Source: Caecitellus pseudoparvulus (Eukaryota > Protista > Bigyra: Bicosoecida). Taken from it: a stretch of 64,000 nucleotides of DNA. Of this stretch, positions 21,513 through 30,908 are shown in pieces. The translations under genes were made by a program, and so were the position numbers. Every line of letters begins with the position of its first letter. Positions within the stretch are counted from its first letter, which is position 1. Location: contig CBFFRQ010000042.1 in assembly GCA_965644315.1 (NCBI GenBank), positions 186,001 to 250,000 of the forward strand, in the 5' to 3' direction. The notes below the pieces were generated by a model. It saw only the letters and a list, made by a program, of their open reading frames with translations, was not told the DNA's origin and did no database searches.

Positions 21513-23445
21513 ATGGGCTCAGGCGCAAGCAGCCACGGAGCGCCACCCCGCGACGCCTCAGGACCCACATCCACTGTGGCAAACGTCGGGACAGGGAAGC
21601 CCCCTGGCCTGCGAAATGAAGGGAATACGTGCTTCTTGAATGCAGCACTTCAGGTGCGGTGGGGCCAAGCATGCCCGAAGGTCGAGCCGCGTTGCAACGG
21701 CGTTTCACGTGCTGCCCACGCAGGCAGCAGCCTCTTGCCCTCCGTTTCTGCACTTCCTGAAAGAAATGGTGCTCCTGCATGCGCCAAGGATAGCTGCAGA
21801 ACACGATGGATTGGCACTCCAAGCCCCTGGGGACGGCACTGGGGCAGCCCTTGTCTTCCATCTCGCAGCACTGATGTCTGGTGCGTGGTGCACGGAATAC
21901 GCAGCTGCTGCGCCGCCCCCACATGCTGCTGTGGTGCTCTCACACGTGCTTGCAGAGCTGGCGTCTTTCAGTATTGATGGGCCATCATCACTCGCCCTTA
22001 GCAAGTGCCTTCCAGCAGCCCCGCTGCAAGCCATCGCAGATGGCCAACAGCAGGTATGCTCTTCGCACTAGCGTACGCCTTCCTGTTGCCCGTCACGCTC
22101 GTTGTGCACCATGCAGGATGCCCACGAGGCCCTCTTCAGTACGTTGATGTGTGCGCTGTCCGACGAGCAGCAGTTTCACCTGGAGTTGCAGCAAGAGGTG
22201 CAGCTGCGGGCCAGGGTACAGTCCATGCTGGCCCACTACGCCAGCGCAGCGCAGGATGGTTCCCAGATTGAACGCTACCTCGAGGAAGACTCTGGGACGG
22301 ATGTCACAAGCGATGCAGCTTCAGTTGCATCCATGGCATCCATTCGTTGGCGCCCAGGAGGCCTCAAGGCTCGTAAAACCAACTCACTTCGCCGGCCTGT
22401 GCGCAGTGCTCAGGCCCTGGCGCCGCCCACCTTGCCGACATCACCGCCCCTGTCTCCGCGTGGTTTTCTCACACCCACACCTCCAGTATCAGCTGCTGCC
22501 CACGACAGGGTGGCAGAGGCAACCAATCCTTTCACGGGCTGGCTGTTGCGCTCAGTGGTGCCCACTGGTTGCTCGCCAAGCTGCACAGCCGTGCGGGTGG
22601 CCAGCCCTGAACCCTTCCAGTGCCTGTCGGTCGCACTTCCCCAGATTCCAGGTGCTCTGACTCTGAGTGGGTGCCTGGCAGCGTACTTTCGATCGGACAG
22701 GGTGCAGGGCTGGAAGTGCGAGTGTGGGGGATTGGGCTGCATCCGCCGTGTACGCCTGGCACGCCCGCCCCCTGTCCTAGCTGTGCATTTGCAGAGGGCC
22801 CCCTTACTTGGGGGGGCGCCCGATGCGCGCCATGTCTCGTTCCCAGAGGTGCTTGACATGCAGCCTGCCTGGCTGCCACGCGGGGCTCGTCGGCGGCAGT
22901 ATGTTCTGTGCAGCGTCGTGCAGCACGTTGGCGCGTCAGGCGCAGGGCACTACTTCGCCTTTCGAAGGAGACCTCAGCAACCTACTGACCTTGGTAGCTC
23001 TGCGGGGCAGTCCTGCGCGGGCTGGCTTCTGATGAATGACGCTGTCGTTCGGGAGGCTACGGAGCAGCAGGTCTTGGCCTGCACAGCGTACATGCTCTTC
23101 TACATCCGAAGCGACTGCATGGTCCCTGCTTGTGGCCAAGGTCGAGGGGTGAGTGGGGCGAAGCTGTCGTTGGTGAGCGTTCCGTCCCGGCAAGCTTGGA
23201 AGGAGGTGGGCAGCACCCTCGCAAGCATGGCAGCGGGTGCCGCGGAAGAGAGCACCACAAAGCCAGTGACGCCCATGGCAACTGAGGAGCGCCTTCGGAC
23301 CCTCTTGGGGCTGCAGCGTAGTACGCCTGCCTCCACTGCTGCTGAAGGCGCAGAGGGCTTCGCCAAGGACTTCGCCGTCGTCGCTTGTGGTGACTGGGCA
23401 GCCGCCCCCCCCCTTCACGCCCCCCCTGCGGCTGCACAAGCATGA
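21513..23445 (+). CDS. Ubiquitin-specific protease (USP/peptidase C19); exons 21513-21653, 21724-22053, 22117-23445
   Basis: Cys box GLRNEGNTCFLNAALQ, QQ|DAHE restored by splicing, His box VVQHVGASGAGHYFAF, WLLMNDAVV and AYMLFY. Introns are 70 and 63 nt GT-AG. N-terminus is MGSGAS. Confidence 0.93.
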
Positions 23446-23590
23446 GACGCGCCTCACAGCACAAAAATGCAGAACATATCACAATCTGCATTTGGGGCTC
23501 TGATGATCGCGAGCGGTGCAGGTGTCCAGACTGCGCACGCTGATCGACGCATTGTCACAAGCCACTTGACGGCCACCCCGTTCAACCGAG

Positions 23591-24141
23591 ATGGCCATCT
23601 CTGCCGTGGCACCTGGTGCTACCCTAGCGGCTGCGCGGTGTTTGAGCAAGGCTGTGTGCCCTGCACGGCAGCTTGCGTTGCCAGGCACTCCCGTTCTGAA
23701 GCCCAGCTTGGCCTGCTTGATGTGCACAGCGCCTCCACGACACTCAGAGGCGCTGCCTGCCCCAGGCAGAGATGCAAGTGGGAATCAGCCCTTCGTGAAT
23801 CTAGGAGAACGTTACTGGCATATTCAGCGCCGAAGGTGGCTTACAACAGATCGCACCTCCCGAGCCCAGCGGAAGCGAAGGTACGGCGTGGTGGTGCGGA
23901 ATTTGTGACTGAGTTCAGCTTTCCATACCGCGTGCCCGGTCGTCGCTGAGACTGCAGCGACATTCAAAGTGCCCCACCCCTTGAGGACCACAGGTTGAAG
24001 GCAGTTGCAGTGGATCTGACACGCTTTGAAGCGCTCTTCCGCACGCCGGATCGAAAGGTGACGCTGCCTCAGGCAATGCCACTGGGGCAAATGGTGGACA
24101 TACTCGTGGAGCTGTGGGAAGATTCAAGCAAGCTTCATTGA
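23591..24141 (+). CDS. DUF4050 / Gag1-like clamp-domain small protein; exons 23591-23880, 23994-24141 (start could be ATG 23720)
   Basis: Splicing a 113-nt GT-AG intron joins FVNLGERYWHIQRRRWL to LPQAMPLGQMVDILVELWED, the two conserved blocks of DUF4050 as recalled (FVNHGLxxWxxxRxxW; PxPIPLxEMVDFLVDxWE). Exon 2 is absent from the ORF track. Confidence 0.8.
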
Positions 24142-26862
24142 GAAGGCAGTGACACAGCAACCTTGCGGCGTGCTCGCGGCTGCTGTGCGCGCACAAGGTA
24201 CTGGACCTGTCGCCCGTCAGCCAGCAAGCGCATCGAGCCAACGTCGTGCATGAGACTGACGTATTCGTGTAGCGGCCCCAGTAGGGGCCACCTGCGAAGT
24301 CAAGCGGCGGCGCAGTGAGGGAGGCATGCAAGCAGCATGGTTGCGCACTCGAAGTGACTCACCCACAGTCCAAGCAACGCCACGCGACAGCATCATGCAC
24401 CATGTTCACTTCTGCCTCGCCCCAGCTGCTGTCCATGGCTGCTATCTCAGCCCGGAGGCGCTGCGAGGTCGCGCGGAAACAGGGCTTGTGAAGGGGAGGG
24501 GGGCTGTGAATCGCCGGATGACGAGAGCCCCACTTACTCGAGGCAAGAAGGCTTGCCCTGCGGCAGTGATGCGGACGAGGGGCGACAGGGCTCCCTCGAC
24601 CCCGCTGTGCTTCAATCGCTCCTGTGCAGGCACTGCCTCCCAGTCAATCAAATTTCGTGGCTTGCGGGGTGACGCTGCGGGCATGGCGTCCACTGCTTCT
24701 TGCAGCACTTCCCCAGGCATCCCTCGTCGCAAGAGGGGTGTCTGTGCCGTCTGTTGTGGATCAGCTGCAAGGAGGTCAGATACGCTGCGAAGTGCAGCCT
24801 GGGGGGGCAGTCCTTCAAAAACCGCCTCAGCATCGCTCTGGGCTTGGAGTTGCAGCTCGTCTCGCTCATCTTGAACGAGGCTGTCCCATGGTAGGTCTGA
24901 CAGCAGGTCCGCCTTGCCTCCCGCGAAGGACGGCGCCGTGCCTGAGAGCTCCTCAGAAATGGGTCTGGAGGTGGTGGGTGTCATGAACACGCCCAAGCCC
25001 CTCGCGAACAATTCAGCGTTGAGAAGCCGCCTCGCTGGGAGCAGCCGCAGCAAGGCCCTCTGCCTGCGCAACACTGCGGCAAGTTCGGCCTGTCTGTGAA
25101 GGGGCTGCCAGGCAGTGGACCACAGGTCCCACCTGCGGCTCAGCGCAGCGCTTCGGGCTGCGGCTGCAGGCCCCGAGTACACATGGGCCATGGTGGCGAG
25201 CCAGCCTCCAGCAGAGTGCGCGATGCCCCGCATCATCGGCGACTGCAGCACCTCGGCGTGTTCTACCCGTGCGGCATCGCACTGGTCAGGCCCCAGGCTT
25301 CGGGCTGCACGCAAAGCCGACACCGCTGCTGCGCGTTTGGGAATGTACTGCGCAAAAGCTGGGGTCTCTGCAGCAGAAGCTGCAAAAGCAGCCAAGTCCG
25401 GCAGAATGTGCTGCGAGAAGAAATCGCGCGCTGCTTGAGCGTGGGCTGGCAGCAGCAGGGCAAGCCTTGGGGCCCTGCCTGGAGCTCCTCCCGTCTCTAA
25501 ATGGTGCCACACTTCCTCAGTCGATAAAACTGGGGCCTCATCTTCCTTTTGCCAGCTGGGGAGGTCCTGGCTGATGTTGGTGGAGGCAGCCCAATCGGCC
25601 CCGCGAAGCACAAGCCCACCTGCTGGAGCCAGAGGCAAAGGCGGGCAGCGGGGCATGGACAGGGCCGCAGGGATGGAACTGGGAGGCAAGAAGCCCCGTG
25701 TCACGGCCACAATCATGCCCACCATGTGCCGTATTTGGTTGTAGATGAAGCCGCTGCCTGCGAAGTGCACCGGCAGCAGTGCGACAGCACCACCCGATTC
25801 ACGGTGGGGGGCAAGAAAAGGAGTCCCAGTTTCACAGCGTGAGACAAGGCGGAAACTGCCAGGGGAGATCTTCCACATGCGCGGGTCGCCGAAGAGTTCG
25901 TCCGGCAAGTGTGTGAAGTCGTCATACCCCCCACCGTCGCTTCGGAGCCCGCCGGCTTGTAGGTCTGAATCCCCGCAGAACCTGCAGGGGGAGAGGCCAA
26001 GTGAAAAGCAGCCAAGGATTTGCAATGGTCTACATACTCACGAAACAAGGGCATTCCTCTGCTTCGCCTGCGTGAAATTGTGCCAAGGGTGTGTGCCGAC
26101 CAGCTGCGAGGCAGCTGCTCTGCAAGCAGCCACTGCCGCCTGCACCTTGGGATGCTGCAGCACGAACTCGTGCCCAACTTCACCTTGGAGCAGCTCCAAA
26201 GCTAACGCAGAGTCATCCACGAGGCATGCCAGCGGCATGAAGTACGTGTACTTGCGCGACACGACTGCCTGCCGAGCTTGCATGCGCTTGGACGCGCGAA
26301 CTGCAGAAAGAACCTGCACGTCAGCTGGCAAGTGGCTGTTGAGGTCCCTTACAAGGCTTGGGATGTGTTTTGAGGGTTCGACTTCCTGGTCCGCGACGGA
26401 CAACTGCGTTGCGGCAGGCCCGCTGCAAGTGCATGCGCAAACAGTGCTGTGGCGGAAATTGACGCTATCCGCACCTGAGCTGACACCACGTAGTTCTGTG
26501 CGTGAACCTGAGGGAAGAAGCAATGGGTGATTCCAACTAAAGCAAGAAGCCTTTCGGCTCAGTCCACCCACCCCCTTGTCAGTTCTGCTGGCGCGACTGA
26601 ACACCTTTGCATCAGCGGGCGGGGCAGACAAGTCGCGGCTGGCATCTTTCAACGTCAGCCGGCCGGCGGCCTCTGCTGCCTTCCACAGCACACTGTCGAC
26701 CGTTGTCTCAGGGGAAGAGGGTATTCCAAAGGAGCCATGGAAGTTGCTCCCATTGAAAGCGGCTGTTAGAATGACCTTCCTGCGTTTCGTACTGCCCGCG
26801 GCAGTACACATGCGTCTGGCAGCCCTGCCATCTTGCGACAGGCAGCGTCGCACGTGAAGCAT
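24135..26862 (-). CDS. tRNA pseudouridine synthase TruA/Pus1 family, probable organellar targeting peptide; exons 26862-26572, 26507-26475, 26403-26042, 25981-24538, 24460-24363, 24291-24135
   Basis: FNGSNFHG, catalytic SRTDKG|VHA restored by splicing, LNSHLPADVQV, RKYTY, GTHPWHNFT and GSGFIYNQIRHMVG. Five GT-AG introns of 64, 71, 60, 77 and 71 nt, all phase-consistent. The last two bypass the ORF-track stop at 24442 and are less certain than the core. Confidence 0.88.
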
Positions 26863-26986
26863 GGCAGTTATGGAACACACAGAAACACAATAAAAACCAC
26901 ATGTTCATGGACGTGGGTGCCTCAAATTTAAGCTGTGCGACGTAAATATGGCTATGGAAGCTGCCTGAGGAATGGGCTGGGGGCAC

Positions 26987-26998
26987 CAATTTCCGCAC
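26987..26998 (+). promoter_or_regulatory. Candidate cis element CAATTTCCGCAC in the TruA/DUF4504 divergent intergenic region
   Basis: An identical 12-mer lies in the HECT/CLU divergent region (54457-54468), and variants occur near the 5' ends of other genes. Confidence 0.35.
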
Positions 26999-27056
26999 AC
27001 ACGCACAGCATCACTCCCCCCCCGCTTTGCCTGCTGCGACAGGCACCTGCTTCAGC

Positions 27057-28265
27057 ATGGCTGCGAGAGAGATGCTAGGAGCCCCCTCGTTGGGGCGGCG
27101 ATCCTTTGTCTGGAGCACCGTTGTGCACATCTTGCTCGCTCATGGTTGGCTCGAGGATGAAGGAGCAGCAAGGCTAGCAGTGGATGCCTTGGGACAGCCG
27201 AGCGCTCTCATCAACCCAGACACGAAAGCACCGCTCGTGGCTGACGTAGAAGCACTGCTCTTTTTGCCGCAGCTCCTCTTTCGCGCCCGAACTGCCAGCA
27301 TGCCACGCCGCCAAGCCAGGCGCGCTGTGCTGTCCGACACCGATCGGCACAATGGTTTGCGTGTGGCAGCAGTTTTGCTCGGCCTTCGCAGGGGCTGCAT
27401 GCTGGAGGGAGTGGGGAGTGAGGGGGCAGCACACAAGCTTGCCCATGGCTTGGGAGACTTCTGTGCCGTCGTACTGCACATGGGTGGCTGCATTCTCGTC
27501 TGCAGACGAGATGAGCTCGTGGGGAGCTTGAACCGCTGCGTGCGAGCAGTGGCGAGGGTTACAGACGCATTGCCTCAAACTTGCACCACTATGGGGCTTT
27601 TAGCATACAACACCTTGTATACAGGTGTTGGCATGGGCGTGCCCCTGCCAATGTCTTTCACCCCGCTCACCGCATCGCAAGGCTCGGTGGGCAAGGCGAC
27701 GCTGCACACAGTCACCTCTCCTGACGCACTCAGCGTGTACTGTTCAGAAGTTAGGAACACTTGCTCTGCCCTTCTTGGCCACATTGCCTCTCAAGAATCT
27801 CTCGCTGTCCCCCTGTCTCTGCATGGATACGACGTGACTGCTTCCTGCAGTGTTGTGGATGCCGTGTGGCTCGTGGGCTTCCTCTTGCAATACCCGCTTG
27901 TGTACTGCGGCACATCCTCAGCTGCACAACTGGCTGGCCCCTTTCTACCAGATGTGCCAATGCAGTTGGTTCAGTTGCATTGGCGCACAGGGTCGGCGCG
28001 GGTACTTGGGCAGGCCTACTCCATGCCGCCAGCGGACAGCCCTGCGTGGGGGATCAGGAGCTGCCACAGAGAGTGCCTTGTAAATCGCGCCCAGGCTGCA
28101 TGGAGATGCACCATGTCGCAGCAAGCCCAAATCCTTCAACATGCGCAAGTGGGGAATACGCTTGCGTGGATTTCCACGGGGCAGCAGCCAGGCAGTGGGG
28201 AAGCACAAGGTTCTGTGGAGTTCTCGACACACCCGGTTTCTTGGCCCGGAGGACTTTCGCTATAG
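27057..28265 (+). CDS. DUF4504 / UPF0739 (C1orf74-like) uncharacterised protein
   Basis: Blocks AVLLGLRRGCMLE, LVGFLLQYPLVY and AYSMP resemble the recalled DUF4504 motifs (AVxxGLKPAxLxD, GxLLGYPVxY, SFSVP). Single exon. Confidence 0.6.
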   Translation: MAAREMLGAPSLGRRSFVWSTVVHILLAHGWLEDEGAARLAVDALGQPSALINPDTKAPLVADVEALLFLPQLLFRARTASMPRRQARRAVLSDTDRHNGLRVAAVLLGLRRGCMLEGVGSEGAAHKLAHGLGDFCAVVLHMGGCILVCRRDELVGSLNRCVRAVARVTDALPQTCTTMGLLAYNTLYTGVGMGVPLPMSFTPLTASQGSVGKATLHTVTSPDALSVYCSEVRNTCSALLGHIASQESLAVPLSLHGYDVTASCSVVDAVWLVGFLLQYPLVYCGTSSAAQLAGPFLPDVPMQLVQLHWRTGSARVLGQAYSMPPADSPAWGIRSCHRECLVNRAQAAWRCTMSQQAQILQHAQVGNTLAWISTGQQPGSGEAQGSVEFSTHPVSWPGGLSL

Positions 28266-28278
28266 TGGGGTCAGCAGG

Positions 28279-29079
28279 CTATACATCATCGAAGATGTCT
28301 CCGCTGTCACTTGAAACAGCATCAACTTGCAGAGGGACGTCCGGCCGTCCACTTCTTGGAGTCGCTCTGCGGTGCAAGGCATGTAGCGGCAGGCGCGGCA
28401 CAGCCAAAGGAGTCGAGGGAGCCGGCCCACCTCCTTGCCACTTCCTCAGTGAAAAATTTCCATCCAAGGGGGCCATTGAATCCGGCGGCGGTGTGCGGGG
28501 CATGGGCTGCCCAGCGTCTGCGTTCCTTGACACCTGCCGCAGGTACTGCCGCACGTCAACAAGGTCTGAAGCAGTCAGCCTGAAGACGTCCTTCACTGGG
28601 GGTCGCCCATTCACACTCCGGTCCCAGTTTCGCCCCCATATCTGCCGTGCCTTGGCTTCCATGGTCGGGCCCATGACTTTGGGGATATCGAGGCCCCCTC
28701 CCGACGTCCCATGCTCCTGCTGCAGGCGGTGCAGGACGCGCTCCAAAGCTGGCGCATCCCTCGCTATGCCTGCCTCGGCCAGCTCCAATGCCTGCGCCTG
28801 TCCCCGTGCAGTGTGCAAGATGTGCTTTTGCTCAGCCATCTCTTGATGCAGCTGCCTGATCCGTGCTTCTGCGGCCTCAGCAACCAGGCCACAATCATGC
28901 ACAGCACGCTGCGTTGGGTGTAGCAGCTGCTCCCGTTCGCGCTGCTGCCGTGCTTGAAAGCGCCGCCTCATAGATTCAACGGGGTCATTGCCGGTTTCAT
29001 GGGATTCACGTGCCCTGGACCGGTCTGGAGGCATGCAGGGGGTTTCGCGGGCTGTTGGGCAGTTTCCTTTGCGTTTCAT
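28279..29079 (-). CDS. Hypothetical protein with a predicted coiled-coil segment (start uncertain: 29079 or 29034)
   Basis: Long ORF filling the gap between genes, with Q/E/R-rich helical stretches (RRRFQARQQREREQ; EARIRQLHQEMAEQ). No recognised domain. Confidence 0.6.
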   Translation of the reverse strand: MKRKGNCPTARETPCMPPDRSRARESHETGNDPVESMRRRFQARQQREREQLLHPTQRAVHDCGLVAEAAEARIRQLHQEMAEQKHILHTARGQAQALELAEAGIARDAPALERVLHRLQQEHGTSGGGLDIPKVMGPTMEAKARQIWGRNWDRSVNGRPPVKDVFRLTASDLVDVRQYLRQVSRNADAGQPMPRTPPPDSMAPLDGNFSLRKWQGGGPAPSTPLAVPRLPLHALHRRATPRSGRPDVPLQVDAVSSDSGDIFDDV

Positions 29080-29287
29080 CGGCAGGTCACAGACCTGCAA
29101 AGAACTCTGCTGAGAGCCGATTCAGGAATATCCCCACGCACAAGCACACGAGGAGACAGCTACCCACAGCTATGCCGATCCACGCACTTTGTGACATGTC
29201 AGCTCTCTGCTCCAGTTGGGGCTCCCAAGAATTGGCGCAAACTTGGCTTTGGGTAATGTGCTGCGAAGTGAATTTTGCCGCCTCTTC

Positions 29288-30621
29288 TCAATAGCGAGGG
29301 CGATCGTATCTGCCACCACCATCGCCACCTCGAGAGTAGCTATCATGGCGATCGTCACGGCGATACCCGCCACGGTAGCCGCCTCCGTCACGTGGCGTGT
29401 CATAGCCACCGTGATACCTGCTGCCTCCCCTGTGATCTCGCATAGGAGGGGCGCCTCTGCTCCGTGGGTCATATGCCCCCCCACGCTCTCGCCCACGATC
29501 AAAGTGCCCAGCAGCTGCTGCAGGCCTCACGTGCGCTGGGTCACTGCTCGCTGAGGGAGTGGATGGCACGTTGGGGGGGAGCATGGTGGCCATCTTTTCC
29601 TGCAGCTCCTTGAGTTTCTGGCGGATCGTGAAGTACCCGAGATGAACCTTCCCGGCAAAGTGCTCGGCAAGTCGACTGCGAACAGGTCAGCGGCAAGGAA
29701 GCTTCATGGCGGCGGCCCGCAGCACAGATCAGGGGGCATGCTACGCACTCGTCGCTGTCACGTGAGGACAGCTTCGCTCCACACACGTTGCAAACCCGAA
29801 GCTGCTGCTTGTCACCGAGGCCGCCAGTAATCTCCCTAATGCGGGCAGTTTGCAGGGCGGCTTTTTTCTGCCGCAGCGCCTCCGCTTGCTCTAGCAACGC
29901 CATGGACTCGTCCACGTTCCCTTCCTCACCTTCTGCCTCGCTCTTTTGCACCTTCTCGTCGATCTCTGCGGTCAGTGCCAACATCTCCGGGTCATTCTCG
30001 ACGTCCACAGTGTCACCGTGGCCTTCACCGCGTTGTCGGAGCTGGGATTTGGAAATCTGCATCGCCCAGGGAAATGCACGTGCTTCGCAGTTCTGCAAGG
30101 GCTAGCAGGCATGGCTGCGTGCCTCACCTCTATCTTGCGGTCGGCCTTGCGCTCCCCATTCTGCAATTCGCGAAGAAGCATGGACTCGTAGCCGAACCTT
30201 GCGCCCTTGGCCACTTCCGCTTGGTACCTGCGTCCGAGGAGGAGGCACAGTGAACTCAAGCAAGCCAAGGGCCGAGCCAGTGCACTTGCCTCTTGCGCAG
30301 CTTCAGGGCCTGCTTGTCGTTGCACACTTCAGAAGGGCAGTCGCCGAGGTCATCGTTCGTGTTCTTGAACATGGTATAGGGACAAAGTCCAAGGAGGAAC
30401 AGCTTGCACACGCGCGGGTCTCGAAAGTCCTGGGGGACAAGGGGGCAAACGAGGGTGCGGAACTTGGCCACCCCTGCGCACCTGGCGTGTTGCCCGCCTC
30501 GAGGCGCCGCAGCGCGCGGCCCACGTACTTCGATGATCTCCACCTTCTTATCCTGGTTCCTGTTTGGGCCCATCAGCTCGTCCAGGAGCAAAGTGGCCTT
30601 CTCATACTTGAACTTCGCCAT
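29288..30621 (-). CDS. LUC7: LUC7-family U1 snRNP splicing factor; exons 30621-30529, 30429-30290, 30227-30128, 30056-29749, 29675-29288
   Basis: LLDELMGPNRN, ZnF1 DPRVCKLFLLGLCP...DLGDCP, ZnF2 LRVCNVCGA...DDRLAEHFAGKVHLGY (restored by splicing) and an R/D/G/Y-rich tail. Introns are 99, 62 (GC-AG), 71 and 73 nt. Confidence 0.95.
30228..30289 (-). other. Non-canonical GC-AG intron (62 nt) in LUC7
   Basis: The AG|GCAAGT donor restores frame (...KLRKR|YQAE...) with acceptor GACGCAG|G. The nearby GT (CAA|GTGCAC) is out of phase. Confidence 0.75.
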
Positions 30622-30908
30622 GCTGGAGCGTGCTGGTGGAGCGGACCAGCTACAGTGACAACAGCAGGGGTAGGCCAGTTGCCAAGCTAGGCTTCACCAC
30701 TCAACACGTAAGGCCTGACAGTGGAGAAGCCTGCTGCGTCTCCAAATGCACTCAAATTTGCATTGTTTGATCCTCGGAAGCAGCTCAGTGGGATGGGCAG
30801 TGCCAGAGCAACAACGCCAAAAAGGGGGATTGCCCCTCCCCCATGAAAGCGCATCGCGTGGCACCACCGTCCGCTAAGGAGCCTGATTCCATCCTATGGT
30901 ACATCACC

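Noticed and set aside
24442-24537. ORF-track stop of TruA at 24442
   Set aside because: A strong GTAAGT donor and a phase-compatible acceptor, followed by a second canonical intron, extend the CDS to 24135.
15076-30621. Apparent cluster of RNA-metabolism genes (RRP7, XRN, TruA, LUC7)
   Set aside because: They act in different pathways or compartments and are interleaved with unrelated genes. Without synteny data this is compatible with chance.
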